This document shows positions 1-7,002 of a stretch of DNA of 32,000 nt, piece after piece. This DNA comes from Chloroflexota bacterium (lineage in GTDB: Bacteria > Chloroflexota > Dehalococcoidia > JACQUA01): the NCBI GenBank assembly GCA_016210565.1, contig JACQUA010000037.1, positions 1-32,000 of the forward strand. Direction: 5' to 3'. The first letter of the stretch is position 1. Each line of letters opens with the position of its first letter. The notes below the pieces were generated by a model, which had not been told where the DNA came from, did no database searches, and was given only the letters and a program-made list of their open reading frames with translations. The translations under genes were made by a program, and so were the position numbers.

Positions 1-102
1 AATGTTTGGATTGATAACCTGGATGAAATCTATATCCGATTCAAGCATAAGATCGACCACTGGTCGAAAGACAAAATTAAGCAACTATGTATAATTAATT
101 AA
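1..102 (+). CDS. C-terminal fragment of an unidentified gene cut by the window edge
   Basis: Frame 1 is open from nt 1 to TAA at 100-102 (..NVWIDNLDEIYIRFKHKIDHWSKDKIKQLCIIN*). It is too short for the ORF track. It is visibly AT-rich relative to the rest of the window. No motif recognised. Confidence 0.25.
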   Translation, partial: NVWIDNLDEIYIRFKHKIDHWSKDKIKQLCIIN

Positions 103-119
103 TGCGTTCGTATTAGTTG

Positions 120-240
120 TCACGGGCAAGATGCCCGTGCTACTGTGCCCGTGCTACCGCTGCGGTACAACGGGCATCCCTGCCGGTGGCTGGCGTTGGC
201 ATAGGTCCGGCCCGTCACGGGCAAGATGCCCGTGCTACTG
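120..240. repeat. Two perfect 26-bp direct copies (120-145 and 215-240) of a hairpin-forming REP-like unit TCACGGGCAAGATGCCCGTGCTACTG
   Basis: Exact repeat read directly. The core CACGGGC-aaga-GCCCGTG is self-complementary. A degenerate partial copy GTGCCCGTGCTAC lies at 145-157. Translation of these repeats explains the spurious N-terminal extension of ORF 117..1103. Confidence 0.8.
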
Positions 241-254
241 ATGGTGTAACGATT

Positions 255-1103
255 ATGATTAGAGTTCTGGCTCCGGCCAAAATAAACCTGACCCTGGAGG
301 TGCTGTCGCGCCGTCCGGACGGCTACCACGAGATTTGCAGCGTGGTACAGGCGGTGGGTTTGTACGACGAACTAACGTTTGAAGGGGCTGAAGATATCAC
401 GCTCACCTGCGAAGGGTTGGACCTGCCCCCTGAAGACAATCTGGTGGTGAAATCTGCGCGCCTGCTGGGCCGGCAGACTGGGGCGGCGGTGGGGGCAAGG
501 ATAACTCTCAGGAAAGGAATCCCGGTGGGGGCGGGGTTGGGAGGAGGTTCCAGCGACGCCGCGGCGACTCTCACGGCTCTGAACGAGTTGTGGCAACTGG
601 GACTGTCCCGGGAGAGGCTCGCCGCACTGGCCGCCGGGGTCGGCTCGGACGTGCCCTTTTTTATCTACGGGGGGACCGCCCTGGTAAGGGGCAAGGGGGA
701 GACAGTAACACCCCTGGGGCCTGTTTCTCCGGCCTGGGTGGTGCTGCTCGACTCCCTGTTGAACGTGCCGGCGGGCAAGACCGCCATAATGTACAAAAGT
801 TTAACAGCTACCGACTTTACAGACGGGCATTATACGGTTAGAATGGTACAGGAAATAAGAGAAGAAAAGCGTATTGATGAAGACCTGCTTTTTAATGTTT
901 TCGATAGAGTAGCCACAGTCCTGTTTCCTGACCTACAGACCCAGAGGAGTCTGATGCAGAATGAGGGGAATGGGAAGGTGACGCTGGCCGGTTCCGGGCC
1001 GGTTTTGTGTTCGGTTTTAAGCCAAGAAACGGACGCGAGAAACTTGTATGGTAAACTGTTGTCGAGAGGAATAAAGGTCTATCTAGCGAAGACCTTGAAC
1101 TAA
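255..1103 (+). CDS. ispE: 4-diphosphocytidyl-2-C-methyl-D-erythritol kinase (MEP pathway, GHMP kinase)
   Basis: From ATG 255 the protein starts MIRVLAPAKINLTLEV, a typical IspE N-terminus. It carries the GHMP ATP motif PVGAGLGGGSSDAAA. At about 282 aa the length fits IspE. ORF-track residues 1-46 are repeat-derived. Confidence 0.9.
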   Translation: MIRVLAPAKINLTLEVLSRRPDGYHEICSVVQAVGLYDELTFEGAEDITLTCEGLDLPPEDNLVVKSARLLGRQTGAAVGARITLRKGIPVGAGLGGGSSDAAATLTALNELWQLGLSRERLAALAAGVGSDVPFFIYGGTALVRGKGETVTPLGPVSPAWVVLLDSLLNVPAGKTAIMYKSLTATDFTDGHYTVRMVQEIREEKRIDEDLLFNVFDRVATVLFPDLQTQRSLMQNEGNGKVTLAGSGPVLCSVLSQETDARNLYGKLLSRGIKVYLAKTLN

Positions 1104-1104
1104 G

Positions 1105-1731
1105 ATGAACGGCATTGTTGAAATCCTGTCTGAAATGATCCCCAAAGAAAGGGACCGGAAAATAAGGACGGTGTGGTTCTTGCTCGCCCTGGTGGGAGCG
1201 ACCCTGGTGGTATCCTTTCTGGTACTGCTGCTCATCGTGCGGTTGCAGCCCCTGCTGTCGAGGCCGCTGCAAGAATACGCGCTCTATGCCTACCTCGGTG
1301 TTTTCTTCATCACGGTGCTCAATAGCTCCACTATCATCTTTCCCGCCCCCGGGATGGCGCTGGTCCTGGCTGCGGCGTCGCGCTGGGACCCGGTTTGGAT
1401 AGCGATCGCTGCGTCTATGGGAGGCTCTCTCGGCGAACTGACGGGGTATTTGATCGGCCGCGCCGGCAAGACGGTAATCGTGGCGGACCAATCCGAGGTC
1501 TACAAGCGTGCGGAAAGGTGGATGCGCCACTACGGCGCCTGGGTAGTATCGTTTCTGGCGGGAATACCGTTGATGCCCTTTGACATAGTTGGACTGGTGG
1601 CCGGCGGTCTGAAGTATCCGGTAGGGAAGTTCCTGCTGTTCTGCTGGTTTGGCCGCATCCCCCGGACGTTTGTGGAGGTGTTTGGCGGCGCCATGCTGCT
1701 GAAATGGGTACTCCATTTCCTGTTCAGATGA
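1105..1731 (+). CDS. VTT/DedA (YqaA-like, SNARE-associated) family integral membrane protein
   Basis: 208 aa with several hydrophobic helices. Has the family-typical G-x-L-x-G-Y-x-x-G-R (GELTGYLIGRAGK) and PLMPFD..G..AG segments. Starts 1 nt after the ispE stop, so it is probably co-transcribed. Confidence 0.7.
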   Translation: MNGIVEILSEMIPKERDRKIRTVWFLLALVGATLVVSFLVLLLIVRLQPLLSRPLQEYALYAYLGVFFITVLNSSTIIFPAPGMALVLAAASRWDPVWIAIAASMGGSLGELTGYLIGRAGKTVIVADQSEVYKRAERWMRHYGAWVVSFLAGIPLMPFDIVGLVAGGLKYPVGKFLLFCWFGRIPRTFVEVFGGAMLLKWVLHFLFR

Positions 1732-1852
1732 TAGTCTATGTGGAATGAGAAGAACCAGACAGTGGCCATTAGCAAAATAAGTCAGCGTCTCAAGTCCCAG
1801 GATTCACAGGCACGGTGGCCTGTGGTACCGGATCACAGAAGATAACAGCTCA

Positions 1853-4696
1853 GTGGGAGAAGTACTGGTATCCCTGGACCTGGAGACGACAGGCCTTGAC
1901 CCTCAGAGCGCCCGTGTCATAGAAATCGGCGCTGTCAGATTCGATGGCGAACAAATCATCAGCCGTTTCCAGACGTTTGTTAATCCTGCCTGCCCGCTTC
2001 CCCTTTCGGCGCAGCGCCTGACCGGAATCGTTCTCTCGGACCTCGCCGCCGCCCCCTCGATTGGTGAAGCTCTCTCAAAGCTGCTTCCCTTCATCAAGGG
2101 TTACTCTCTTGTAGGGCACAGCCTCCGTTTCGACCTGGCTTTCCTGGAAGCCGGTGGAATCAAGATCCCCAACCGAGTCTATGATACGTTTGATCTGGCC
2201 GGTCTTCTTCTGCCCGAAACCCCGGACTTCAGCCTGGCCACCGTAGCCAGGGTACTTGGCGTCGAGGTAACTTCGGGCCACCGCGCTCTGGCTGACGCCG
2301 AAACCTCCATGCGGGTCTTCAATTGCTTGATGGCGCGGGCATCGAAACTGCCTCCCGGGGTCATCAGCGAGTGCCTCCGGCTGACAGAAGGCATCGACTG
2401 GCCCTACCGGCCGTTCTTTGCGGAGATTGCGGAGAGGCGGAGTGTGCTATCCGGCGGACCAGACCCCGACAGCGTGGTCGGATGGCTGCTGCCTTTCAGC
2501 TCCGAGGATAAATGGGCAAAATACCCCCCGCTCCAGGCCAATAAGAAGGTGGTGCCTATCGACGTCGAAAAGACAGGGGCCATGCTGGGTCCCGGGGGGG
2601 AGCTTACCCGGAGTTTCAGTGGTTTCCAGTGCCGGGGAGAGCAGATTACGATGGCCAAAGCCGTGTCTGCGGCCTTTAATGAAGGCCAACACCTCATCGT
2701 GGAGGCCGGGACCGGCACGGGCAAGTCCATTGCCTATTTGTTGCCGGCGGCCCTCTTTGCCCGGGAGAACCAGAGCCGTGTTGTTATTTCCAGCAATACC
2801 ATAAACCTCCAGGAACAGCTTATCCAGAAGGACATCCCGAGCTTGAGGGAGTGCCTGGGGTGGGATGAGGAGGCATTCCGCGCGACCCCCCTCAAGGGGA
2901 GGAACAACTATGTTTGCCTGCGCCGGTGGAATCACTTCCGCCAGGCCGCGGATATGTCTCCCGAGGAGACGAAGATATTCCTTCGGACGCTGGTCTGGGT
3001 GGGGGCGACGAGCACGGGCGATAGGGCGGAACTGCGCTTGCTCAACTCTGAAATGCGTCTGTGGGGGGAGGTGTGCTCGGAAGAGGAGACCTGTCTGGGA
3101 AACAAGTGCAGCTATAACCGCCGGGGAAGCTGCTTTCTCTACCGGGCCAGGAAGAGGGCGGAGAAAGCCCATCTCATCATTACCAACCACGCCCTGACGC
3201 TTTCGGACCTGGCCGTAGGCAACCAGGTCATCCCGGAATACCGGCGACTGATCGTCGACGAGGCCCATCATCTGGAGGAAGAAGCCACCGAACAGTTCAG
3301 CTTTGCTATCAATGAATCTCTCTTTAAGGACCATCTGAACCACCTCAGCGTCCGCACGACCGGCAAGGTTTACTCGGGCCTGCTGTCGGAGATTAAGGGC
3401 CGGCTCCGGCGCGTCAGACCGGCCAGGCCGCAGCGGACGGGGCCGGTGGAGACGCAGATAGATAGCCTGCAACTCACCGCGGAAATCTGCCAGCGCAGCA
3501 GCGAACGGTTTTTCGCCAGGCTGGCTGAATTCATGGGGGGGCAGGGGGCTGACGAGGGGGATTTCGAGAAACGCCTCCGGCTGACGCCTTCTCTGCGGAA
3601 GACTTCCGGCTGGGCGCGGGTTACAACGGATGGAGAGCCTCTCCTCAAGGACATGAAAGAACTCGCCGACGGCCTGGGCAAGCTGTATTCAGCCCTGGAG
3701 GGATTCGAGGACAACCCTTTCAATGACTACCAGGACATGATGGCTGAGCTTCTGTTCAGGGTGAGGAATGGCGAGGAGTTGACCCAGAGGCTCAGCTCCG
3801 CCGTGTTCAATCCGGAAAACGGCATGATCTACTGGGGCGTCCTGGAACGACAAAAGGCGGCTGCCAGCCTTTGCGCCGCTCCCCAGCACGTGGGTGAGCT
3901 GCTCCAGAAGTCCCTTTTTAGCGAGAAAGATTGCGTGGTGCTCACCAGCGCCACGCTGAGCACCGACAGCAATTTTGCCTTTGTCCGGGGCCGGCTGGGG
4001 TTGGACGAAGCGAGAGAACTTCTTATCGGAACGCCTTTCGACTATCTGAAGTCGACGTTGCTTTATGTTGTCAAGGACATGCCGGAACCCGATCAGCCCG
4101 GCTACCAGCAGACCCTGGAGAAACTACTTGTGGAGAGCTGCCGCGCCACCCGTGGCAAAACGCTGGTGCTCTTCACCTCGCACCGGGCGTTGAAGCGGAC
4201 CTACGAGGCAATCAAACCGTCCCTGGAGGGGGAAAGCATACTGGTCCTGGGGCAGGGCGTTGACGGTTCTCCGAAGAGACTGCTCGACACGTTTAAGACC
4301 AACGAGCAGAGCGTCCTGCTGGGGACCAGTTCTTTCTGGGAGGGGGTGGATGTGGTGGGCAAGGCCCTGAGTGTGCTGGTCATCGCCCGGCTGCCTTTTT
4401 CGGTCCCCAACGACCCGATCATCAGCGCGCGGTGCGAGGAGTACGCCTCACCTTTCTACGAGTTCATGGTGCCGCAGTCCATAATCCGGTTCAAACAGGG
4501 TTTCGGACGTTTGATCAGAAGCCACAACGACCGGGGGGTGGTGATAGTAGCGGACTCCCGGATCAAGAACCGCCCTTATGGCCAGACCTTTATCCAGTCC
4601 CTGCCCCAGTGCCAGCTAAAAATAGAGGCCGGGCGACACCTGGTGACCGAGCTCAGGAAGTGGCTGCCGGAGGAGACGGGCGGGGACGGTTCGTAA
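1853..4696 (+). CDS. dinG: DinG-family ATP-dependent DNA helicase fused to an N-terminal DnaQ-like 3'-5' exonuclease domain
   Basis: GTG start. DEDD exonuclease motifs: DLETTG near residue 9 and HRALADAE. SF2 helicase motifs: Walker A AGTGTGKS and DEAHH. A Cys-rich insert (YVCLRR ... VCSEEETCLGNKCSYNRRGSCF) is consistent with the XPD/DinG 4Fe-4S domain. The C-terminal part has SFWEGVD and GRLIR motifs. Confidence 0.9.
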   Translation: MGEVLVSLDLETTGLDPQSARVIEIGAVRFDGEQIISRFQTFVNPACPLPLSAQRLTGIVLSDLAAAPSIGEALSKLLPFIKGYSLVGHSLRFDLAFLEAGGIKIPNRVYDTFDLAGLLLPETPDFSLATVARVLGVEVTSGHRALADAETSMRVFNCLMARASKLPPGVISECLRLTEGIDWPYRPFFAEIAERRSVLSGGPDPDSVVGWLLPFSSEDKWAKYPPLQANKKVVPIDVEKTGAMLGPGGELTRSFSGFQCRGEQITMAKAVSAAFNEGQHLIVEAGTGTGKSIAYLLPAALFARENQSRVVISSNTINLQEQLIQKDIPSLRECLGWDEEAFRATPLKGRNNYVCLRRWNHFRQAADMSPEETKIFLRTLVWVGATSTGDRAELRLLNSEMRLWGEVCSEEETCLGNKCSYNRRGSCFLYRARKRAEKAHLIITNHALTLSDLAVGNQVIPEYRRLIVDEAHHLEEEATEQFSFAINESLFKDHLNHLSVRTTGKVYSGLLSEIKGRLRRVRPARPQRTGPVETQIDSLQLTAEICQRSSERFFARLAEFMGGQGADEGDFEKRLRLTPSLRKTSGWARVTTDGEPLLKDMKELADGLGKLYSALEGFEDNPFNDYQDMMAELLFRVRNGEELTQRLSSAVFNPENGMIYWGVLERQKAAASLCAAPQHVGELLQKSLFSEKDCVVLTSATLSTDSNFAFVRGRLGLDEARELLIGTPFDYLKSTLLYVVKDMPEPDQPGYQQTLEKLLVESCRATRGKTLVLFTSHRALKRTYEAIKPSLEGESILVLGQGVDGSPKRLLDTFKTNEQSVLLGTSSFWEGVDVVGKALSVLVIARLPFSVPNDPIISARCEEYASPFYEFMVPQSIIRFKQGFGRLIRSHNDRGVVIVADSRIKNRPYGQTFIQSLPQCQLKIEAGRHLVTELRKWLPEETGGDGS

Positions 4697-4850
4697 GGTT
4701 TATAAGGTTTATAAGGTTAGAAAGTTAGAAGGTTGGAGGGTTCGTTGAGTTGATCGAGTTCTTTGAGTTATTGAGTTATTGAGTTCCTCCTCCCCTCCCC
4801 GACTGCCGACTGACAGACTGCTTGGCTGGTCACTGCTCGACTGCTTGACT
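4694..4850. repeat. Left arm of a composite inverted repeat built from consecutive short tandem-repeat blocks
   Basis: Starts at the dinG stop codon. Block order: (AAGGTTTAT/AAGGTT-like)n, CGTTGAGTT, (TTGAGTTAT)n, C-run, (GACTGCC)n, (GACTGCTT/GGTCACTGCT)n. The inner end overlaps the last roughly 7 codons of ribK. Its reverse complement recurs at 5258-5460. Confidence 0.85.
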
Positions 4851-5246
4851 ATCGACTTCGATTTCCACTTCGTCCCCATCCTTGATGTTAAGGGTGTCTT
4901 TTAACTTCACGGGGGCCAGGATTTCCACGATGTTCTTGCCGTGGATGCGGGCCTTTTCTTCGGGGGCTACGAGGGCGGCTGGTATCTTCCCGATGCGGAC
5001 CTTCCAGCACCGGCCTTCGCAAAAGTTCTTGTCCGGGGGGACGATGCAGATGCCTTCGCTGCGGAGCAGCCTTTCCAGGGCCGGCGCATCTTCTTCCCGG
5101 ATGTCCAGGTTCAGCGTACCGGGCCACGGTTCAAATCCCAGCGCGGCGCGGCATTGCTCCTTGACCCAGTCCAGTCCGGCGAAAAACGCCCCCTGCCCCA
5201 CCCCGCTGATGACTTTGCCGCGGAAACTGTCTTTAGCCAATTTCAT
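4830..5246 (-). CDS. ribK: CTP-dependent riboflavin kinase, archaeal type (COG1339 family)
   Basis: 138 aa. Matches the Methanocaldococcus MJ0056-type kinase as I recall it: GKVISGVGQGAFF, LGFEPWPGTLNL, and the C-terminal IVEILAPVKLKDTLNIKDGDEVEIEV. Confidence 0.85.
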   Translation of the reverse strand: MKLAKDSFRGKVISGVGQGAFFAGLDWVKEQCRAALGFEPWPGTLNLDIREEDAPALERLLRSEGICIVPPDKNFCEGRCWKVRIGKIPAALVAPEEKARIHGKNIVEILAPVKLKDTLNIKDGDEVEIEVDSQAVEQ

Positions 5247-5257
5247 ACTCCGTCAAA

Positions 5258-5460
5258 ACAGTCTAAACTGTCAAGCAGTGACCAGTCAAGCAGTGACCAG
5301 TCAAGCAGTCTAAGCAGTCAAGCAGTCTGTCAGTCGGCAGTCGGCAGTCGGGGAAGGGGGGAACTCAATAACTCAATAACCCAATAACCCAATAACTCAT
5401 TAGCTCAATAACTCAACGAACCTTATAAACCTTATAAACCTTCCAACCTTCGAACCTCTT
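5258..5460. repeat. Right arm of the composite inverted repeat (reverse complement of 4694-4850)
   Basis: Same block order in inverted orientation: (AAGCAGTC/CAGTGACCAGTCAAG)n, (CAGTCGG)n, G-run, (AACTCAATA/ACCCAATA)n, AACTCAACG, (AACCTTATA)n, AACCTTCC. The outer end encodes the last codons (..RRLEGL*) of the cca-like gene. Confidence 0.85.
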
Positions 5461-6691
5461 CAATGAGTTCCCTCGCCAGTTCTTCCTCCCCTGCCGTGTC
5501 CTTGATCAGCCCATCCAGCCGGGCCATGTGCAGGTCGTGCAATATCTTGCCCATAGCCGGCCCCTGGGGCGCGCCGAGGGCTTTAAGCCGGGCGCCGTCC
5601 GTTTCCACCTTCACGCCGCGGATGACGTCCAGGAACAGTCTCAGGTAGCCGGCGGCCAGCGGGTCATCCGCTGCTGTGATGTTGACCTGGATGGCGTAGG
5701 GGAGAAAACGGGCCAGCAGCCGGTAGACTTCGCTGTTCTTCATCCCCGGCCTGAAATCCCCCAGTTTCTGCTTCAGACGCAGCGTATCCCTCATGACGCG
5801 CCCCGTCCGTCCCGGGAAATTCAGCCGTGAACTGAGCTCCTCGTTCTGGGCGAGGGTGAGATTCCAGGCCAGGAGCGAAAGGTACACCGAAACGGGCGGC
5901 TGCTTCGGCTGGAACTCCTCCCGCGCCTCGCGGAACTTCCGGGCCAGCCAGTCGTCTCCCTTCAGCCGGGGGTGCAGTTGGGTCAGGATGCCCAGCTCCC
6001 CGGCGCGTTGCAGGATCGTTTCAGGTTCGTTTTCAGCCAGGACAAGCTCCATCTCGTGCCGCAGCCGGTCGCCGCTGATGGTCTGAACATAGCCGGCGTC
6101 CCGTTTGGCGAGCGCCTCCGTCCCAGGTTCCAGCTTGAATCCCAGGCGGCTCTCGTACCGGACGGCGCGGAACAGCCTGGTTGCGTCATCAATGAAGCTC
6201 CGGTCGTGCAGGATGCGAATGAAGCGATGTTCCAGGTCGGCCCTTCCGCCGAAAGGGTCGCTGAGTTCCCCGGGGCGGGGCGGCGAAAGTCCCAGGGCCA
6301 TGGCGTTGATGGTGAAATCGCGGCGCCCGAGGTCTTCCTGGATGGTACCCGGCCTGACGACCGGCAGCGCTCCCGGCTTCTCGTAAGTTTCCGACCGCGC
6401 AGTGACCAGGTCCAGGTGAAATCCGGCATAGGCCAGGCTGGAGGCGCCGAAGCGGTCGTGGGAGATGATTTTCGCGTCCAGCTTTTCGGCGAGGCTCCTC
6501 GCCAGAGCCGGGGCGTCGCCTTCCACCACCAGGTCGAGGTCGATGTTAACCCTTCCCAGGAGTAGGTCTCTCACTGCCCCTCCCACCAGGTAAAGGGCCT
6601 GTCCCCTGTCTGCGGCGATATCTCCCGCCATTCTCACCACGGCCATCAAACGGGGTGCGATGCGTTCTTCAAGCTTCTTGAGTAGTTCCAT
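5432..6691 (-). CDS. cca: Class II tRNA nucleotidyltransferase (CCA-adding) / poly(A) polymerase family protein
   Basis: 419 aa. Has the GGAVRDLLLGR..DLDLVVEG nucleotidyltransferase head motif and the RRDFTINAMA motif. CCA-, CC- or A-adding specificity cannot be told from sequence alone. Confidence 0.85.
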   Translation of the reverse strand: MELLKKLEERIAPRLMAVVRMAGDIAADRGQALYLVGGAVRDLLLGRVNIDLDLVVEGDAPALARSLAEKLDAKIISHDRFGASSLAYAGFHLDLVTARSETYEKPGALPVVRPGTIQEDLGRRDFTINAMALGLSPPRPGELSDPFGGRADLEHRFIRILHDRSFIDDATRLFRAVRYESRLGFKLEPGTEALAKRDAGYVQTISGDRLRHEMELVLAENEPETILQRAGELGILTQLHPRLKGDDWLARKFREAREEFQPKQPPVSVYLSLLAWNLTLAQNEELSSRLNFPGRTGRVMRDTLRLKQKLGDFRPGMKNSEVYRLLARFLPYAIQVNITAADDPLAAGYLRLFLDVIRGVKVETDGARLKALGAPQGPAMGKILHDLHMARLDGLIKDTAGEEELARELIEEVRRLEGL

Positions 6692-6831
6692 GGTTCAATT
6701 CGTGCCACAGGCGTCACGCCTGTGAGGACGCTGTTTTCATCCGTGATGGTCCCGACTAGTCGGGATGGCTGGTTGCTGGCTATTGTAGCACCCTTTGCCT
6801 GGCAGGTGGTAAACACGTGCGTGGATACGTA

Positions 6832-6860
6832 TTGACAGCGAATGCCCGCCTGACTAAACT
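6832..6860 (+). promoter_or_regulatory. Candidate sigma-70 promoter for the protease gene (TTGACA-17 nt-TAAACT)
   Basis: Perfect -35 hexamer at 6832-6837. The hexamer at 6855-6860 matches TATAAT at 4 of 6 positions. It lies about 140 nt upstream of ATG 7003. Pattern match only. Confidence 0.3.
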
Positions 6861-7002
6861 ATGATGTGCTCCAGGGCATAAATGCCGGAGCCTGTAATCT
6901 TTGTAGAATCGATTTCAACATAGAGTCCCTTGTCATTCGTCTCAAATCGGCGCCCCGGTCAGCGTCTGGCGAGCGGCTTGGCTGGTTGAAACGGGGTATG
7001 CC

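Noticed and set aside
117-254. N-terminal extensions given by the ORF track: ispE 117-254, rnc 11303-11458, isochorismatase-like 17712-17885, UbiD-2 18344-18706, SOD 27727-27795.
   Set aside because: The extra residues are translations of REP-like repeats or overlap the upstream gene. Homology to family members begins at the internal starts I used. The UbiD-2 extension would overlap the preceding gene by about 175 nt.
255-5246. ispE (isoprenoid precursor) and ribK (FMN) interpreted as a dedicated prFMN precursor-supply island for the UbiX/UbiD cluster
   Set aside because: Both are general housekeeping functions. They are 7-12 kb away from the cluster, on mixed strands, and separated from it by unrelated genes (helicase, protease, rnc). 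Any link is speculative.
4694-5460. Composite inverted repeats, and the 17397-17842 element, as an autonomous IS or transposon
   Set aside because: No transposase, integrase or recombinase ORF is present in or near them. At most they are non-autonomous (MITE-like) elements or structural repeats.
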